Translations under genes and position numbers: made by a program | Assembly: GCF_964194155.1 (NCBI RefSeq) | Contig: NC_135901.1 | Coordinates: forward strand, 20,584,001 to 20,648,000 | Length of the DNA stretch: 64,000 bases | Origin: Cetorhinus maximus | Taxonomy: Eukaryota | Reading direction: 5' to 3' | Part shown: piece by piece, positions 13,546-24,895 of the stretch | How positions within the stretch are numbered: the stretch's first letter is position 1 | How the letters are laid out: each line of letters starts with the position of its first letter | The notes under the pieces: model-generated | The model's database searches: none | The model's input: the letters and a program-made list of their open reading frames with translations, nothing else | Told to the model about the DNA's origin: nothing

Positions 13546-13775
13546 GAGTTTACAAAAGTTAGCGCTGTCAGTAAAGACCAGAAATTTAGAGTGAAAAATT
13601 CTAGTTTCTATGAAGCATTTTTTTCTCTCTTTGTTCCCCGAAGGTTTAACTCCATGTCCCCCACACTCTCCCCCCTTACCTCCTGATGACTGGGATGCTG
13701 AAGTTGCACCAATTCTCTGTTCCCCAACAAGATGGCCAAACATGCACTCCGCTCACTGAAGCAGCCCCACCTTCA

Positions 13776-13995
13776 TAAGATTGTAAGAAATAGCAGCAGC
13801 AGAGGCCATTCGGCCCACCAAGCCTGCTCAGTAAGATCATGGCTGATTTGATTCTGGCCTTCACGCCACATTTCTCTTCGCACCCATAACTCATGACTGC
13901 CTTGTGGATCAAAATTAATGCAGCTAACTCAGCCTTGAAAATGTGCAATGACCCAGCCTTCACTGATCTCTGGGGAAGTGAATTCCATCTTACAA
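13776..13995 (-). mobile_element. CR1 3' fragment
   Basis: cataagattgtaagaaatagcagcagcagaggccattcggccc tail plus gatcatggctgat. Confidence 0.8.
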
Positions 13996-14029
13996 TGGGT
14001 CCCTGAGGCCCCGCCCACTGCCTCCTACC

Positions 14030-14710
14030 TCACCAAGATGGCCGCCCAAGAACCCCCTCATTGAACAAGCCCCGCCTTCCTCTCCCAAGATGGCGGCGGC
14101 CTGTTGCCCGGGTAACCGGATTCTCCTTTGCCTTCACCTATCACTGGCCTCCTATCCAGCTTCACCAGTCCTACCCCACCCTCCCCCCCCTTAAACAGTA
14201 TATATTTCACCAAATTTCTGCTTCTCTTCAGTTCTGAAGAACAGTGATACGGACTCGAAATGTTAACTCTGTCTCTCTCCACAGATGCTGTCAGACCTGC
14301 CGAGTTTTTCCAGCAATTTTTGTTATAATAACCCGGGTCTGTCACTGGGGAGGAAGCCCCGCCTCCCGGATCCGCCCTGTCGCGCAAGATGGCGGCCATT
14401 GAGCCCGCTGTCCCCGGGCCTGTCACCGTGGGGTAAACACGGGGCTTGGGGCCTCAGGCCTACCCTAGAAGTTGATCCAGTTCCCAGTCCAGCCGCGGTT
14501 TCCATTCCTACCCTGTGCTCATAATCTCCTCCTGAACCGTCCGCTCCTCCTCACTCTATCACCATGACTGACACTGAGCATGCTCAGAGCGCACACCCAC
14601 ACTGATCCTGCACACTGGACTCCTATAGTCATTGATAGGGGACCTTCTGAAGCGCGGGCTCTTCTGCGTAAATCAGCCGCCATTGATAGCTTGAATTGCG
14701 GGCAGAGAAT
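14030..14710. promoter_or_regulatory. CpG island, ZNF-2 promoter/first exon
   Basis: Three YY1-type CAAGATGGC motifs (about 14034, 14087, 14385) and the palindrome ctgagcatgctcag at about 14574. Homologous to 30380-30570 and 42590-42960. Confidence 0.75.
14120..14328 (+). mobile_element. Short PLE-tail element with a degenerate hammerhead (14230-14268)
   Basis: agtt-ctgaaga-a-cagtg-atacg-gactc-gaaa-tgtt-aact, then the cagatgctg..cctgc.gagtttttccag tail. Flanked by taacc(c)gg; the paralogous empty site is at 42901-42956 (reverse). Confidence 0.8.
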
Positions 14711-14899
14711 GTAATGTTTCGGCATCCAAATTACGATCAGTTCTAGAGGCACAATACATAAAATAAACACTTTGTTATGTGGAAACCCGGATGTCTGGAC
14801 CCTCCTCCCTGATGCAATCTATGCAATCACCACCACATCCACCCGCAATTTCAGATTGGAAGAAGGTTCAAAGTGGTGATCCAACACCATTATTCATAA

Positions 14900-15830
14900 C
14901 TTACACTACTGCCCGGGACTTGGGAACAATGAAAATATTGGCAGCTGATGCCAAACAGCATTTCTAACACTGAGGAAGAATGCAACGTAATACAAGAAGA
15001 CATTAGAACACCTGCAGACTGGCAAACGTTAAGTGGCAAACGAACTTCAACAACGAAGGGATGAATGGCCGACTCCTGCTCATTGCCCATATGTTCGTGT
15101 AATATGCAATGATATACCTTGGGAGCAAAAATACAAACATTACCTAGACCATAGAGAATAAGAAACTGAATGGAGAAGAAGAGAAATGCAATCTCTGGAA
15201 AGAGATGAATAATGAAAAACGTTATTGCAAGTCAGAAAATCAATTAAAAATGTTCACAAAAGACCCGGATTTATTTCCAGAGGTATCAAATTCAGAAATA
15301 ATTAAATATTGTTCAAATTGCTTAGGACCATGTAGGTATTTCTGCTCTCCATACAATTAAAAAGTCAAATAAGCATTGGAGCTTGTGCACAAAGGATTTT
15401 AAGGATGATATCCTGAGCAATTACAGTTATTGGGAAAAATTAACAGGATAGAGCTTTGTTCTTTAGAAAAGTGAAGGCTTAGAGGTGACCTGCCAGAGGA
15501 TTCTTTAAACTATGAATGGGTTGTACGGGGTAGAAGTGGAGCCAATGTTTCCATGTGGGGGGGAATCAAAAACCAGGACCATATGTACAAGATAGTTCCT
15601 AATAAGACCAACAGGAAAATAAGGAGAAATGTCTTTAATTAGAGAGTAGTTAGAAAGTGAAATTCACTACCACAGGAAGCAGTTGAGGTGAAGTAACTTA
15701 GCTGCTTTCAAAGGAAACTAGATGAGTACATGAGAGAAAGGAGATTAGAAAGAAAAGCTGAAAGGCTGAAGTGAGGGAGATGGAATGGAGTGAGATTCTT
15801 TGAAGATAACCATGAAAACAAATGAGTTGC
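14900..15830 (+). mobile_element. Old degenerate CR1 ORF2 3' region
   Basis: Decayed KLADDAK, aggcttagaggtgacct (RLRGDL) and gagagtagttagaaagtgaaattcactacc motifs. Confidence 0.7.
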
Positions 15831-16132
15831 ATCAAATAGTCTGTTTCCAGACTCGATATTCTCTGTCATTCAATGTCATCTCCTACCAAATCCTGATCAT
15901 CATGTTCCACATCCATCACTTGTACTGCATATGTTCAGAGTACAACCCAGTGCTGAGTAATCACACTGGGCTCTGTAGTCACTGATGGGACATATTCGGC
16001 CACGTGGAAAATTATGGATTGTAACAGTGTCATTGAAAGCCCAAATGGTGAACAGACATTTTTATCAGCAGATCGAGGTTGGGCTAAAAGGCCTGTTACT
16101 GTAATATAATCCTATGTGGCAGAGTTTGACTA

Positions 16133-17833
16133 GTTTGACTGAGTTTGTTCTCACACTGAACAATTTCTCCTTTAACTCCTCTCACTTCCTCCAAATAAAA
16201 GGTGTGGCTATGGGTACCCGCATGGGCCCCAGCTATGCCTGTCTCTTTATGGGGTATGTGGAACATTCCTTGTTCCAGTCCTACTCCGGCCCCCTCCCAC
16301 AACTCTTTCTCCGGTACATCGATGATTACTTCGGTGCTGCTTCATGCTCTCGTCGGGACCTGGAAAAATTTATTAATTTTGCTTCCAATCTCCACCCCTC
16401 CATCATCTTCACATGGTCCATCTCTGACACTTCTCTTCCCTTCCTTGACCTCTCTGTCTCAATTTCTGATGATAGACTGTCCACCAATATCCATTACAAG
16501 CCTACCGACTCCCACAGCTACCTCGACTACAGCTCCTCACACCCCGCTTCCTGTAAAGACTCCATCCCATTCTCTCAGTTCCTTCGCCTCCGTCGCATCT
16601 GTTCTGATGACCTACCTTCAAAAACAGCTCCTCTGACATGTCCTCCTTCTTCCTTAACCGAGGTTTTCCATCCACGGTCGTTGACAGGGCCCTCAACCGT
16701 GTCCGGCCCATATCCCGCGCATCCTCCCTTACGCCTTCTCCTCCTTCCCAGAAACATGATAGGGTCCCCCTTGTCCTCACTTATCACCCCACCAGCCTCT
16801 GCATTCAAAGGATCATCCTCCGCCATTTCCGCCAACTCCAGCATGATGCCACCACCAAACACATCTTCCCTTCACCCCCCTTGACGGCATTCCGTAGGGA
16901 TCGTTCCCTCCGGGACACCCTGGTCCACTCCTCCATCACCCCCTACTCCTCAACCCCCACTTATGGCACCTCCCCATGCCCACGCAGAAGATGCAACACC
17001 TGCCCCTTCACTTCCTCTCTCCTCACCGTCCAAGGGCCCAAACACTCCTTTTAAGTAAAGCAGCATTTCACTTGCATTTCCCCTAACTTAGTCTACTGCA
17101 TTCGTTGCTCCCAATGCGGTCTCCTCTACATTGGAGAGACCAAACGCAAACTGGGCCACCGTTTTGCGGAACACCTGCGGTCTGTCCGCAAGAAAGACCC
17201 AAACCTCCCTGTCGCTTGCCATTTTAACACTCCACCCTGCTCTCTTGCCCACATGTCTGCCCTTGGCTTGCTGCATTGTTCCAGTGAAGCCCAACGCAAA
17301 CTGGAGGAACAGCACCTCATCTTCCGACTAGGCACTTTACAGCCTTCTGGGCTGAATATTGAATTCAACAACTTTAGATCTTAAACCCCCCTCCCCCCAT
17401 CCCCACCCCGTTTCTTTTCCCCCCCCACCCGCCTTTTTTTTTCAATAATTTATATAGATTCTTCTTTCCCCACCTATTTCCATTATTTTTAAATCTAAAA
17501 CTAAAACCTTTAGTCTTTCCACCCCACCCCCACTAGAGCTGTACTTTGAATATCCTGTCTTGCATTCTTAATTAGCACTTTTCTCAGACAAAGACCACCA
17601 CCTTCAACACCTCTATGACCCTTTTGTCTCTGACATCTTTTGATTATCTGCTCACACCACACCCTCAATGTGTCTCTTCCCCCTCACCCACCTTAAACCA
17701 ATTTATATTTCTCCCTTGTTGAAACTATGCTTCAGTTCTGCTGAAGGGCCATGAGGGCTCGAAACGTTGACTGATTTCTTCTCCGCCGATGCTGCCAGAC
17801 TTGCTGAGTTTTTCCAGGTAATTCTGTTTTTAT
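16133..17833 (+). mobile_element. Penelope-like element (Neptune type), 5'-truncated
   Basis: RT motifs GVAMGTRMGPSYA, RYIDD, LPFLD; linker CPRRRCNTC; GIY-YIG region. One frameshift and one stop. Flanked by agagttt(t)gacta at 16121-16132 and 17834-17846. Confidence 0.93.
17732..17774 (+). ncRNA. Minimal hammerhead motif, family A (PLE tail)
   Basis: UCAGUU-CUGCUGA-A-GGGCC(AUGAG)GGCUC-GAAA-CGUU-GACUGA. Stems I and II pair; core position 6 is C instead of A. Confidence 0.7.
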
Positions 17834-17899
17834 AGAGTTTGACTAATGCTCAGGTCTGTACAGCTGCGGCCCATGAGGTGGATTAATACTCAGGCCTAT

Positions 17900-18530
17900 A
17901 AAAACCCACCATCATAAGATCAGTTACCCTCACTACCAACTCCACCCCTCTCCCTGCCACATTCTGAGGCTGGACCAGACCCATTGCAACCTTAGTTTCC
18001 GATCTGACTTTGAGCTGAGGGCTGAGCTACCGATGACATATCCTCTCCATCATGAAGATCACCTCCTTCCACCTCTATATCTGTTGTCTCCATCCCACGC
18101 CAACCCATTTGCTGCTCATCCACATCATTGTTACCTCGAGACTCGACTATTCCACTGCCCTCCTGGCTAGTCTCCCACCTTCCACCCTGCATAAACTTAC
18201 GCTCCTCCAAAACTCTCCTTAGTGGACAGCAATCCAGTGGGGATAGGGTAAATAGAGATGAAGTTGGGTCTCATGAACAAGATGAGCTTGTGAGAAGATA
18301 AGAGGATATGGGAGAGAGACTAAAGAAAAATGTGAGTTCAGGGTTGGGGCTGGTCAGATCTTTAGAGGAAGTTTAGCCCAGTGAACTAATGGAGTGGAGG
18401 GAAGCAGCAGAGGCAGCTGATCAGATTGTCCCAATCTTAGAGACAAAGTAGTCCATAAGCTCTTCAGTTGTCAGAGGTGAGGATGGAGAAAACGGGAGAG
18501 AGGGAACATTTCAAAAGGAACAAACTTGTA
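17900..18530. mobile_element. L2 LINE fragments
   Basis: gttacctcgagactcgactattcc (VTSRLDYS) and ctccaaaactct on the plus strand; 18400-18510 resembles 53210-53335. Confidence 0.7.
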
Positions 18531-18554
18531 TTAGGGATATTTAAATGACTCGTC

Positions 18555-18648
18555 ACTCTGTTTAACAAGAAGTTGATTTATTTGATTTTTATCCAGAATA
18601 TTAACATATATAACTGAGCTAGAGCTTCTTAACATCAGTAGAAACATA
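18555..18648 (-). pseudogene. Orphan copy of the conserved ZNF 3' block
   Basis: gatttatttgatttttatccagaatattaa...ttaacatcagtagaaaca matches 35163-35233 and the reverse of 24312-24400. No fingers are adjacent. Confidence 0.72.
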
Positions 18649-19049
18649 TACCAATGCTATTTTTGTTTTAAGACAAGTGATGGAGAAACATCTGGAAGGT
18701 CAATGCAACATGAGGAATGTAATCATTGATCTACAGAAGACTTATGACCGGATGCCCAGGGAGGAAGTCTGGAGATGTGTTGGAATTCATGGAGTCCCTG
18801 AGGAGCGTGTACGACTATTACAGGACACGTCCAAGGAGTGCCAAGGCAAGAGTAAGAAGCAGTATGGGGGGAGAGAGAGTTTCAACGTCAAAATTGAATT
18901 GTATCAAGGATGGACACTGAACCCCTTCCTCTTCCTGATGGCCACGGTTGATCTAACTGAGCAAGTATAACAGGAAATGCCATGGTCAATTATATTTGCA
19001 GATGACATTGAGCAATGTGTTGAGGATGATGAGAACATGACTGAGTACG

Positions 19050-19953
19050 TAGGGAAGTAAGTTGTGAAGAGGACATAAGGAGTTTACAAAGGGATTTAGT
19101 AAGGTTAAGTGAGTGGGCAACGATCTGGCAAATGGAGTATAATGTGGGAAAATGTGAAATTGTCCATTTTGGCAGGAAGAGTTAAAAAGCATATTATCTA
19201 AATGATGAGAGATTGCAGAGCTCTGAGATGCAGAGAGATCTGGGTGTCCCAGTGCATGAATCGCAAAAGGTTAATAAGCAGGTACAGCAAGCAATTAGGA
19301 AAGCTAATAGAATGTTATTGTTTATTGCGTGGGGAATTGAATACAAAAGTAGGGAGGTTATTGTCCAATTATACAGGGCACTGGTGATATCAAATCTTGA
19401 GTACTGTTTGTAGTATTGGTCTCCTTTTTAAGGAAAGATGTAAATTGAAGCATTACAGATGAGGTTTACTGTACTAATACCAGGAATGGGCAGGTCATCT
19501 TATAAGGAAAGATTGGACAGAGTGACCTTGTATCGGCTGGAGTTTAAAAGAGTAAGAGGTGACTTGATTGAAACATACAGGATCCTGAGAGGTGTTGACA
19601 GGATGGATGTGGAAGGATGTTTTCTCTTGTGGGAGAATCAAAACTAGGGGTCACTGTTTAAAAATAAGGGGTCGCTCATTTAAGTCAAAGATGAGGAGAA
19701 TTTTTTTCTCTTAGAGGGTAGTGAATCTTTGGAACTCTCTTCCTCTAAATGCAGTGGAAGCAGAGTCTTTGAATATGTTTAAGGCAGAGTTAGATTCTTG
19801 ATTAACAAGGGGGTGACAGGTTATCTTGGGGGGCGGGGGGTTGTACGTGGGAATGTGGAGGTGAGGTTACATTCAGATCAGCCATAATCTTATGGAATGG
19901 CACAGCAGGTTCGATGGGCTAAGTGGCCTACTCCTGCCCCTAATTCACATGTT
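19050..19953 (+). mobile_element. CR1 3' fragment nested in the RTE
   Basis: WQMEYNVGKC, QRDLGV, RVRGDLIETY; tail ggcctactcctgcccctaattc. Confidence 0.9.
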
Positions 19954-20009
19954 TGTATCAATATCTGGAGAACTGGAGAAATACACTGGAAGACAGAGGT
20001 ATGACGATT

Positions 20010-20222
20010 AATTTCATTTTTATTCTTTCATGGGATGTGGGAGTCGCTGACAAGACCAGCATTTGTTGCCCATCTCTAATTGCCTTTGAACTGACTGACT
20101 TGCTCGGTCATTGCAGAGGGCAGTTAAGAGTCAACCACATTGCTGTGGGACTGGGGTCACATGTAGGCCAAACTGGGTAAGGACAGCAGATTTCCTTTCC
20201 TAAAGGACATGAGTGAACCAAA
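20010..20222 (-). mobile_element. tRNA-derived SINE, 3' half
   Basis: ttcatgggatgtggg...gtcacatgtaggcc...agatttcct is the reverse of the SINE tail and core. Confidence 0.85.
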
Positions 20223-20245
20223 GACCCAATCTATGGTCCGTCAGA

Positions 20246-20387
20246 AGAGCTCTGAAGAAGGGTCATTCGGACTTGAAACATTAACTCTGTTTCTCTCTCC
20301 ACAGATGCTGCTAGACTTGCTGAGTTTTTCCAGCATTTTCTGTTTTTCTTTTAGATTTCAAACATCCACAGTATTTTGCTTTTATCT
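20246..20387 (+). mobile_element. Short PLE-tail element with hammerhead motif (20246-20288)
   Basis: agagct-ctgaaga-a-gggtc-attcg-gactt-gaaa-catt-aactct followed by the family tail. Confidence 0.8.
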
Positions 20388-21039
20388 ATGGGCTGTCAGT
20401 TCGAGCCTAGGGAAGAGAATCAGAGTGAAGGTGTAAGATTAGGGGCAAAGGCTTGGAAAATGTGAATAGCTTCAAGTACCTGGTTTCAGTGATGGCAGGA
20501 GATGGAAGTATGGAAATTAGGAAATGGATTAGCTCTGGTTGGAGTAATTGGAAGAAGTGCAGTGCAGTGTGATTTGATAGAAAAATGTCACTGAAATTGA
20601 AAAAGAAGAATCTACAGGGCAGTTGTGAGACCGGCCTTGTTACACAGAGCAGAAACTTGGGCAATCTCAAGAAGAGACGAACAATGCCTGGATACTAATG
20701 AGATAGAGATACTGAGATGGATGTGTGGAGTGATAAGAAAGTATAAGATCAGGAACCAGTACATCAGGGGGTCAGTAAAGATTGTGGAAACATTAAAGGA
20801 AGTAGCTGAGAAGAGATTGAAATGGTCTGGTCATCCAGTGTGGAAAGAGAGGAAACGTGGTGAGGCGAGTGATGGACGTGGGACTGTCAGGAAGAAGAGG
20901 AAGGTCTGAGACCAGATGGAAATATGCGGTGGCCAGAGACAGAAATGCAGTGGGATTTGATCCGAATGTTATTCATTGCGATACCCTGCCCCAATCTCTA
21001 CATCACAGCGAAAAATGACTATTCGCTTATTTGATTTTC

Positions 21040-21430
21040 GATGGCGGGGTCTATACCCAGCATTCCGAGCGGTAATGATTGTTCCCTAGCCACGCCTCAG
21101 GAGAGCAGTGCGCAGGCGCAGCGTCGGGTGCATGCGCAACACGAGGGATGGCGATGGGGAAAGTTGCTTCTTTGTCTCATCTGCAGCCGGTAAGAAAACG
21201 GAAACACAGAGGCAGCGGTGGAGCCGGCGGGTGGACAGGGAGGGTTTTTAAACGCCTGGTGAAGCCCTCAAATCTGGAATACGGACCTGCAGCTCCCGCG
21301 TTTGCAGCTTTTAGACTATTTCCCGAGAACAAGCCCAGGTTAACGGCCGCCATCTTGATTCAAGGGGGCAGAGTGAATGCGCGGCCATCTTGGTGATGTA
21401 AAAAAAGTGGGCGGGGTTTCAAGATTTGTG
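21040..21430. promoter_or_regulatory. CpG island, ZNF-3 promoter/first exon
   Basis: NRF1-like TGCGCAGGCGCA at 21109, donor-like cg/gtaaga at about 21189, YY1-type GCCGCCATCTT at 21346, and a GC box. 21220-21357 is homologous to the reverse of 30225-30362. Confidence 0.75.
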
Positions 21431-21669
21431 CTCCCAATCGGGTCCTATTGCTAGTTGAGTATTGTAGGGGCATGGAAATGTTCAGTGTGAGAGGCTGCAG
21501 TCCCCGTATTGTTACTGGAATGAGTTACACAACTTTTAGTTACACTTCAGCCCCAGGCTCCTAATCTTTGACTGCCCAGTGTGGAGGGGTGCGGGTGGGT
21601 AAGTCAGAGGATCTTCTCATTGTTACAGACAGAATTTAGGTGGTCCCTTCCAGTCCATAATCAGGATGT

Positions 21670-22865
21670 TTGTGTGTAATTTCCTAACCTTCTGAGTGAT
21701 TTTTCTTAATTTAAAATAAATTCCAGCATCAGGCTTTCTGGTGATTTTTAAAAGTAAAACAGGTTATTTATTGTCACACTCTTGCCCTGGATGTTTAAAT
21801 GCAACATCTCAATCACTCGTCTCACTCACAGTATCTCATACACAGAAGTTAGATACAGATAAAGTTAAAGCTGTAATTATAAAAATGGAATTTATAACTC
21901 AGTGTTTATATCAATATGGGCCTGTTGTCTTCTTGGCTGAGCTGATTCTTTAGTTGGAGTGAAGGTCTTTTAGAAGCAAATAATTCTCATCAAACGGTGC
22001 ATCCTTTTGTCAATGAACATCCAGGAGATTGGTTCTCAGGTAGACTTGGAAGCTGGAACAAGTACAGTACTTTGGCTGCATTGGTAGACTTTCAGCTATG
22101 ATGGTTCAGTTGTTTCAGATGTTTCCTGGTGCTTCAGATTTCTTTCAGACACAGATTTGCTTTGTTGAGGTTGTATTATACTGCAGTCACTGACAGTTAA
22201 TTCCAGTCACAAGATTGCAGGGTTAACACTTCTGGGGTCCAGACCACCATGAAACAAAAGAAGTTGATAATGGTCATTCACTCTTATCTCTGCCCATCCT
22301 TGAGCTCAAATATCCTCCTTTGTTCGATATAGCACTCTGAGACCGACAGTATAGAGACTTCATATTCCCCACATGCCTGTTCATCCTTACACAGTGAGAT
22401 GTTTAAACTTCACAGGTGCCTGTGAAATTCCCTTATTCAGGTCCATGTTTAACTAAATATTGGCCATGGAATCAAAGGCTGTCCACAGTTTAATGTCCGT
22501 AGTCACATGTTAAGTTGCAGCCATCTTAACAGAGTTTTGTGGCCAGTTTCACAAAGTATGATCTTACAGTCTCTAATATCCCGTATCTCATGCTTATACT
22601 GAGCGTGACGTCCTGGACCTGCTCCTGGACCTGGTTAAAACAGTCATTTGTCGATCCAGGATGGGTGAGTCCCATGGGGAGGGTGGTGGGGGGAATCACT
22701 CTCGGCACCAACCTATTTTCCATGGTCTTGTCTGTGCCCATGTGGCCCTGGAGAGGGAACAGTGTCCACTGGTACGCTTGGTACATTCCACAACTGGTGG
22801 GCACCTCAGGGTACAGTGTGTCTCAGACACTGGAAACAACATTCTGGTTTAGCTGGGAAAGTTCC
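21670..22865 (-). mobile_element. Probable Gypsy-like LTR retrotransposon remnant in the ZNF-3 intron
   Basis: Minus-strand QAYQWTLFPLQGHMGTDKTMENRL resembles the integrase HHCC region (PL.GH.G..KT..RL). It is followed by an LTR-like stretch with AATAAA near 21770. Confidence 0.5.
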
Positions 22866-23036
22866 CTTTGCTTTTGTTGGGACTTTGTTGCTGATTTTGG
22901 TTTCTTTTAGTTTGATTGGGCAACATGCTTGGAGGAAACAAGGAAGAGGAAAAAATGTTCCATAGAAACTAGAATAATCTGTTCTGAATTTCTATCCTGC
23001 ACTGACAGTGATGACTTTTGTAAACTCCTTTTACAG

Positions 23037-24243
23037 GATATTAGAATGGGAGGATTTGCAGAGAGAAATTTCAAATCAAACATCATGTCAAGATCTGACA
23101 GTTGCTCGATTCATCAGGACCTGAATATCATTGGCCATTGAATGTGGAATGAGAAATGTTTGTCTGTTCTGTCTGTCGGAAAAGATTTCAACCATCAGTG
23201 TGACTGGAAAAGTACCAAGACACACACACATCTCAGTGAGAGTGTCCAAGTGCACGGACCGTGGAAAGAGCTCTAACCAGCTACACAGCCTGAAAAAAAA
23301 TCACACCATTCACAGCGGGGAGAAAACGTGCACGTGTTCTGTGTGTGGACGAGGCTTCCATTGATCATTCAACCTAGAGAGAGACGAGGACACTGGCACC
23401 ACGGAGAAACCGTGGAAATGTGGCGACTGTGGGAAGGGCTTCAGATCCCCGTCCATGCTGGAAATTCGTCGACGCAGTCACACCAGGGAGAGACCGTTCA
23501 CCTGCTCCGTATGTGGGAAGGGATTCAATCAGTCATCCAGCTTACAAAAACACCATAGAACTCACACTGGGGAGAAGCCATTCACCTGCTCCGAGTGTGG
23601 GAAGGAATTCAGTCAAGTAACCGACCTCACGTCACACCATCTTATTCATTCTGACATGAGACCTTTTAAATGTGCTGACTGTGAGAAGAGCTTTAAAAGC
23701 AAAAAGGTTTTACTGTTGCACCAACAAATTCACACTGAGGAGAGGCCGTTCATCTGCTCCGTGTGTTGTAAGGGATTCACTCAGTCATCCAGCCTGCTGA
23801 AACACCAGAGAACTCACACTGGGGAGAGACCATTCACCTGCTCTGAGTGTGGGAAAGGATTCACCATTTCAGCCCACCTGCTGAGACACCAATGAGTTCA
23901 CTCTGACACGAGATCTTTTAAATGTTCTGACTGTGGGAGGAGCTTTAAAGGCAAATTGGATCTGCAGATTCACCAGCAAGTTCACACTGGAGAGAGGCCA
24001 TTCACCTGCTCCGCCTGTGGGAAGGGATTCACTCAGTCATGTACCCTGCTGAATCACCAGCGAGTTCACACTGGGGAGAGGCCATTCACCTGTTCCGTGT
24101 GTGCAAAGGGATTCACTCAGTTATCTCACTTGCAGAGACACCGACACACTCACACTGGGGAGAGACCGTTCACCTGCTCCGTCTGTGGGAAGGGATTCAC
24201 TTGTTCATCGTACCTGCTGAGACACCAGCAAGTTCATAAGTGA
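23037..24243 (+). pseudogene. ZNF-3: C2H2 finger-array exon with lost start and internal stop
   Basis: Acceptor tccttttacag at 23036. ACCATGGAG has become ACCACGGAG (about 23400), and a TGA at 23893 interrupts a colinear array that ends HQQVHK*. Confidence 0.85.
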
Positions 24244-24502
24244 CTGCAGGAGTTGGATTCTGCTGTTATTATGTGTTATGCTGTTACCATGTTCATTCTG
24301 ACAGCTGGAGTTTGTTTCAGTTGATGTTAATAATCTCTGCAACTAGGTTGGAGTTGAATATTCTGGATATAGGTTAAATAAATCAGCTTTGTGTCAAACA
24401 CACAGTGTTTGAGTCCTTGATTTCTCTAAGATAAGAGGACACTGATTGATATCCTGTTACCGACTGTACCATTTTTGGGTCTTTTCTCCTTTGTTAATGG
24501 AG

Positions 24503-24895
24503 ACTTGTATTTATATAGCGCTTTTCACAACTTCAGGATGTCCCAAAGTGCTTTACAGCCAATTAAGTTCTTTCGAAGCTAATGGAAATGTGACTTTGAC
24601 CAGGTAATCTGTTCAGTGATGTTTTTTGAGGGATAAATATGAAGCAGTGCACCAGGGAAAACTCCCCTGCTCTTTGGAATAACACTATTGGAACTTTTAC
24701 ACCAACTGAGAGGGCTGATGGGGCTGTAGTTGAATGTCTCATCTGGAAGATGGGACCTCTGACAGTGCAATGCTCCCTCAGTGTTGCATCAAAATATAAA
24801 CCTGGATTTTTTGCTCATGTTTTTGGATGTGGATTTGAACCCACAACCCCCTGACTCAGATATAAGAATACAATCACTGAGCCACAACTAACACC
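24503..24895 (-). mobile_element. DeuSINE (SacSINE1/AmnSINE1-like Deu domain)
   Basis: Reverse strand carries tgagggagcattgcactgtcagagg...gatgagacattcaac...agagcaggggagttttccctggtg...tttatccctca, a B box (gggttcaaatcc) and an L2-like tail gcgctatataaatacaag. Confidence 0.82.

Larger units (their letters stand above)
18650..20960 (+). mobile_element. RTE-clade LINE (RT region) split by nested insertions
   Basis: IDLQKTYDRMPREEVWRC, LYQGWTLNPFLF, PWSIIFADDI, LEDRGM, FKYL, RPALLHRAETWAI, ILRWMCGVIRKYKIRNQYIRG. Confidence 0.88.

Noticed and set aside
23201-23364. Selenocysteine recoding of the shared TGA codons
   Set aside because: The codons are at helix positions rather than Cys ligands, one paralogue has TAA, the leaders carry frameshifts, and no SECIS was recognised. 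Kept only as a minor alternative.
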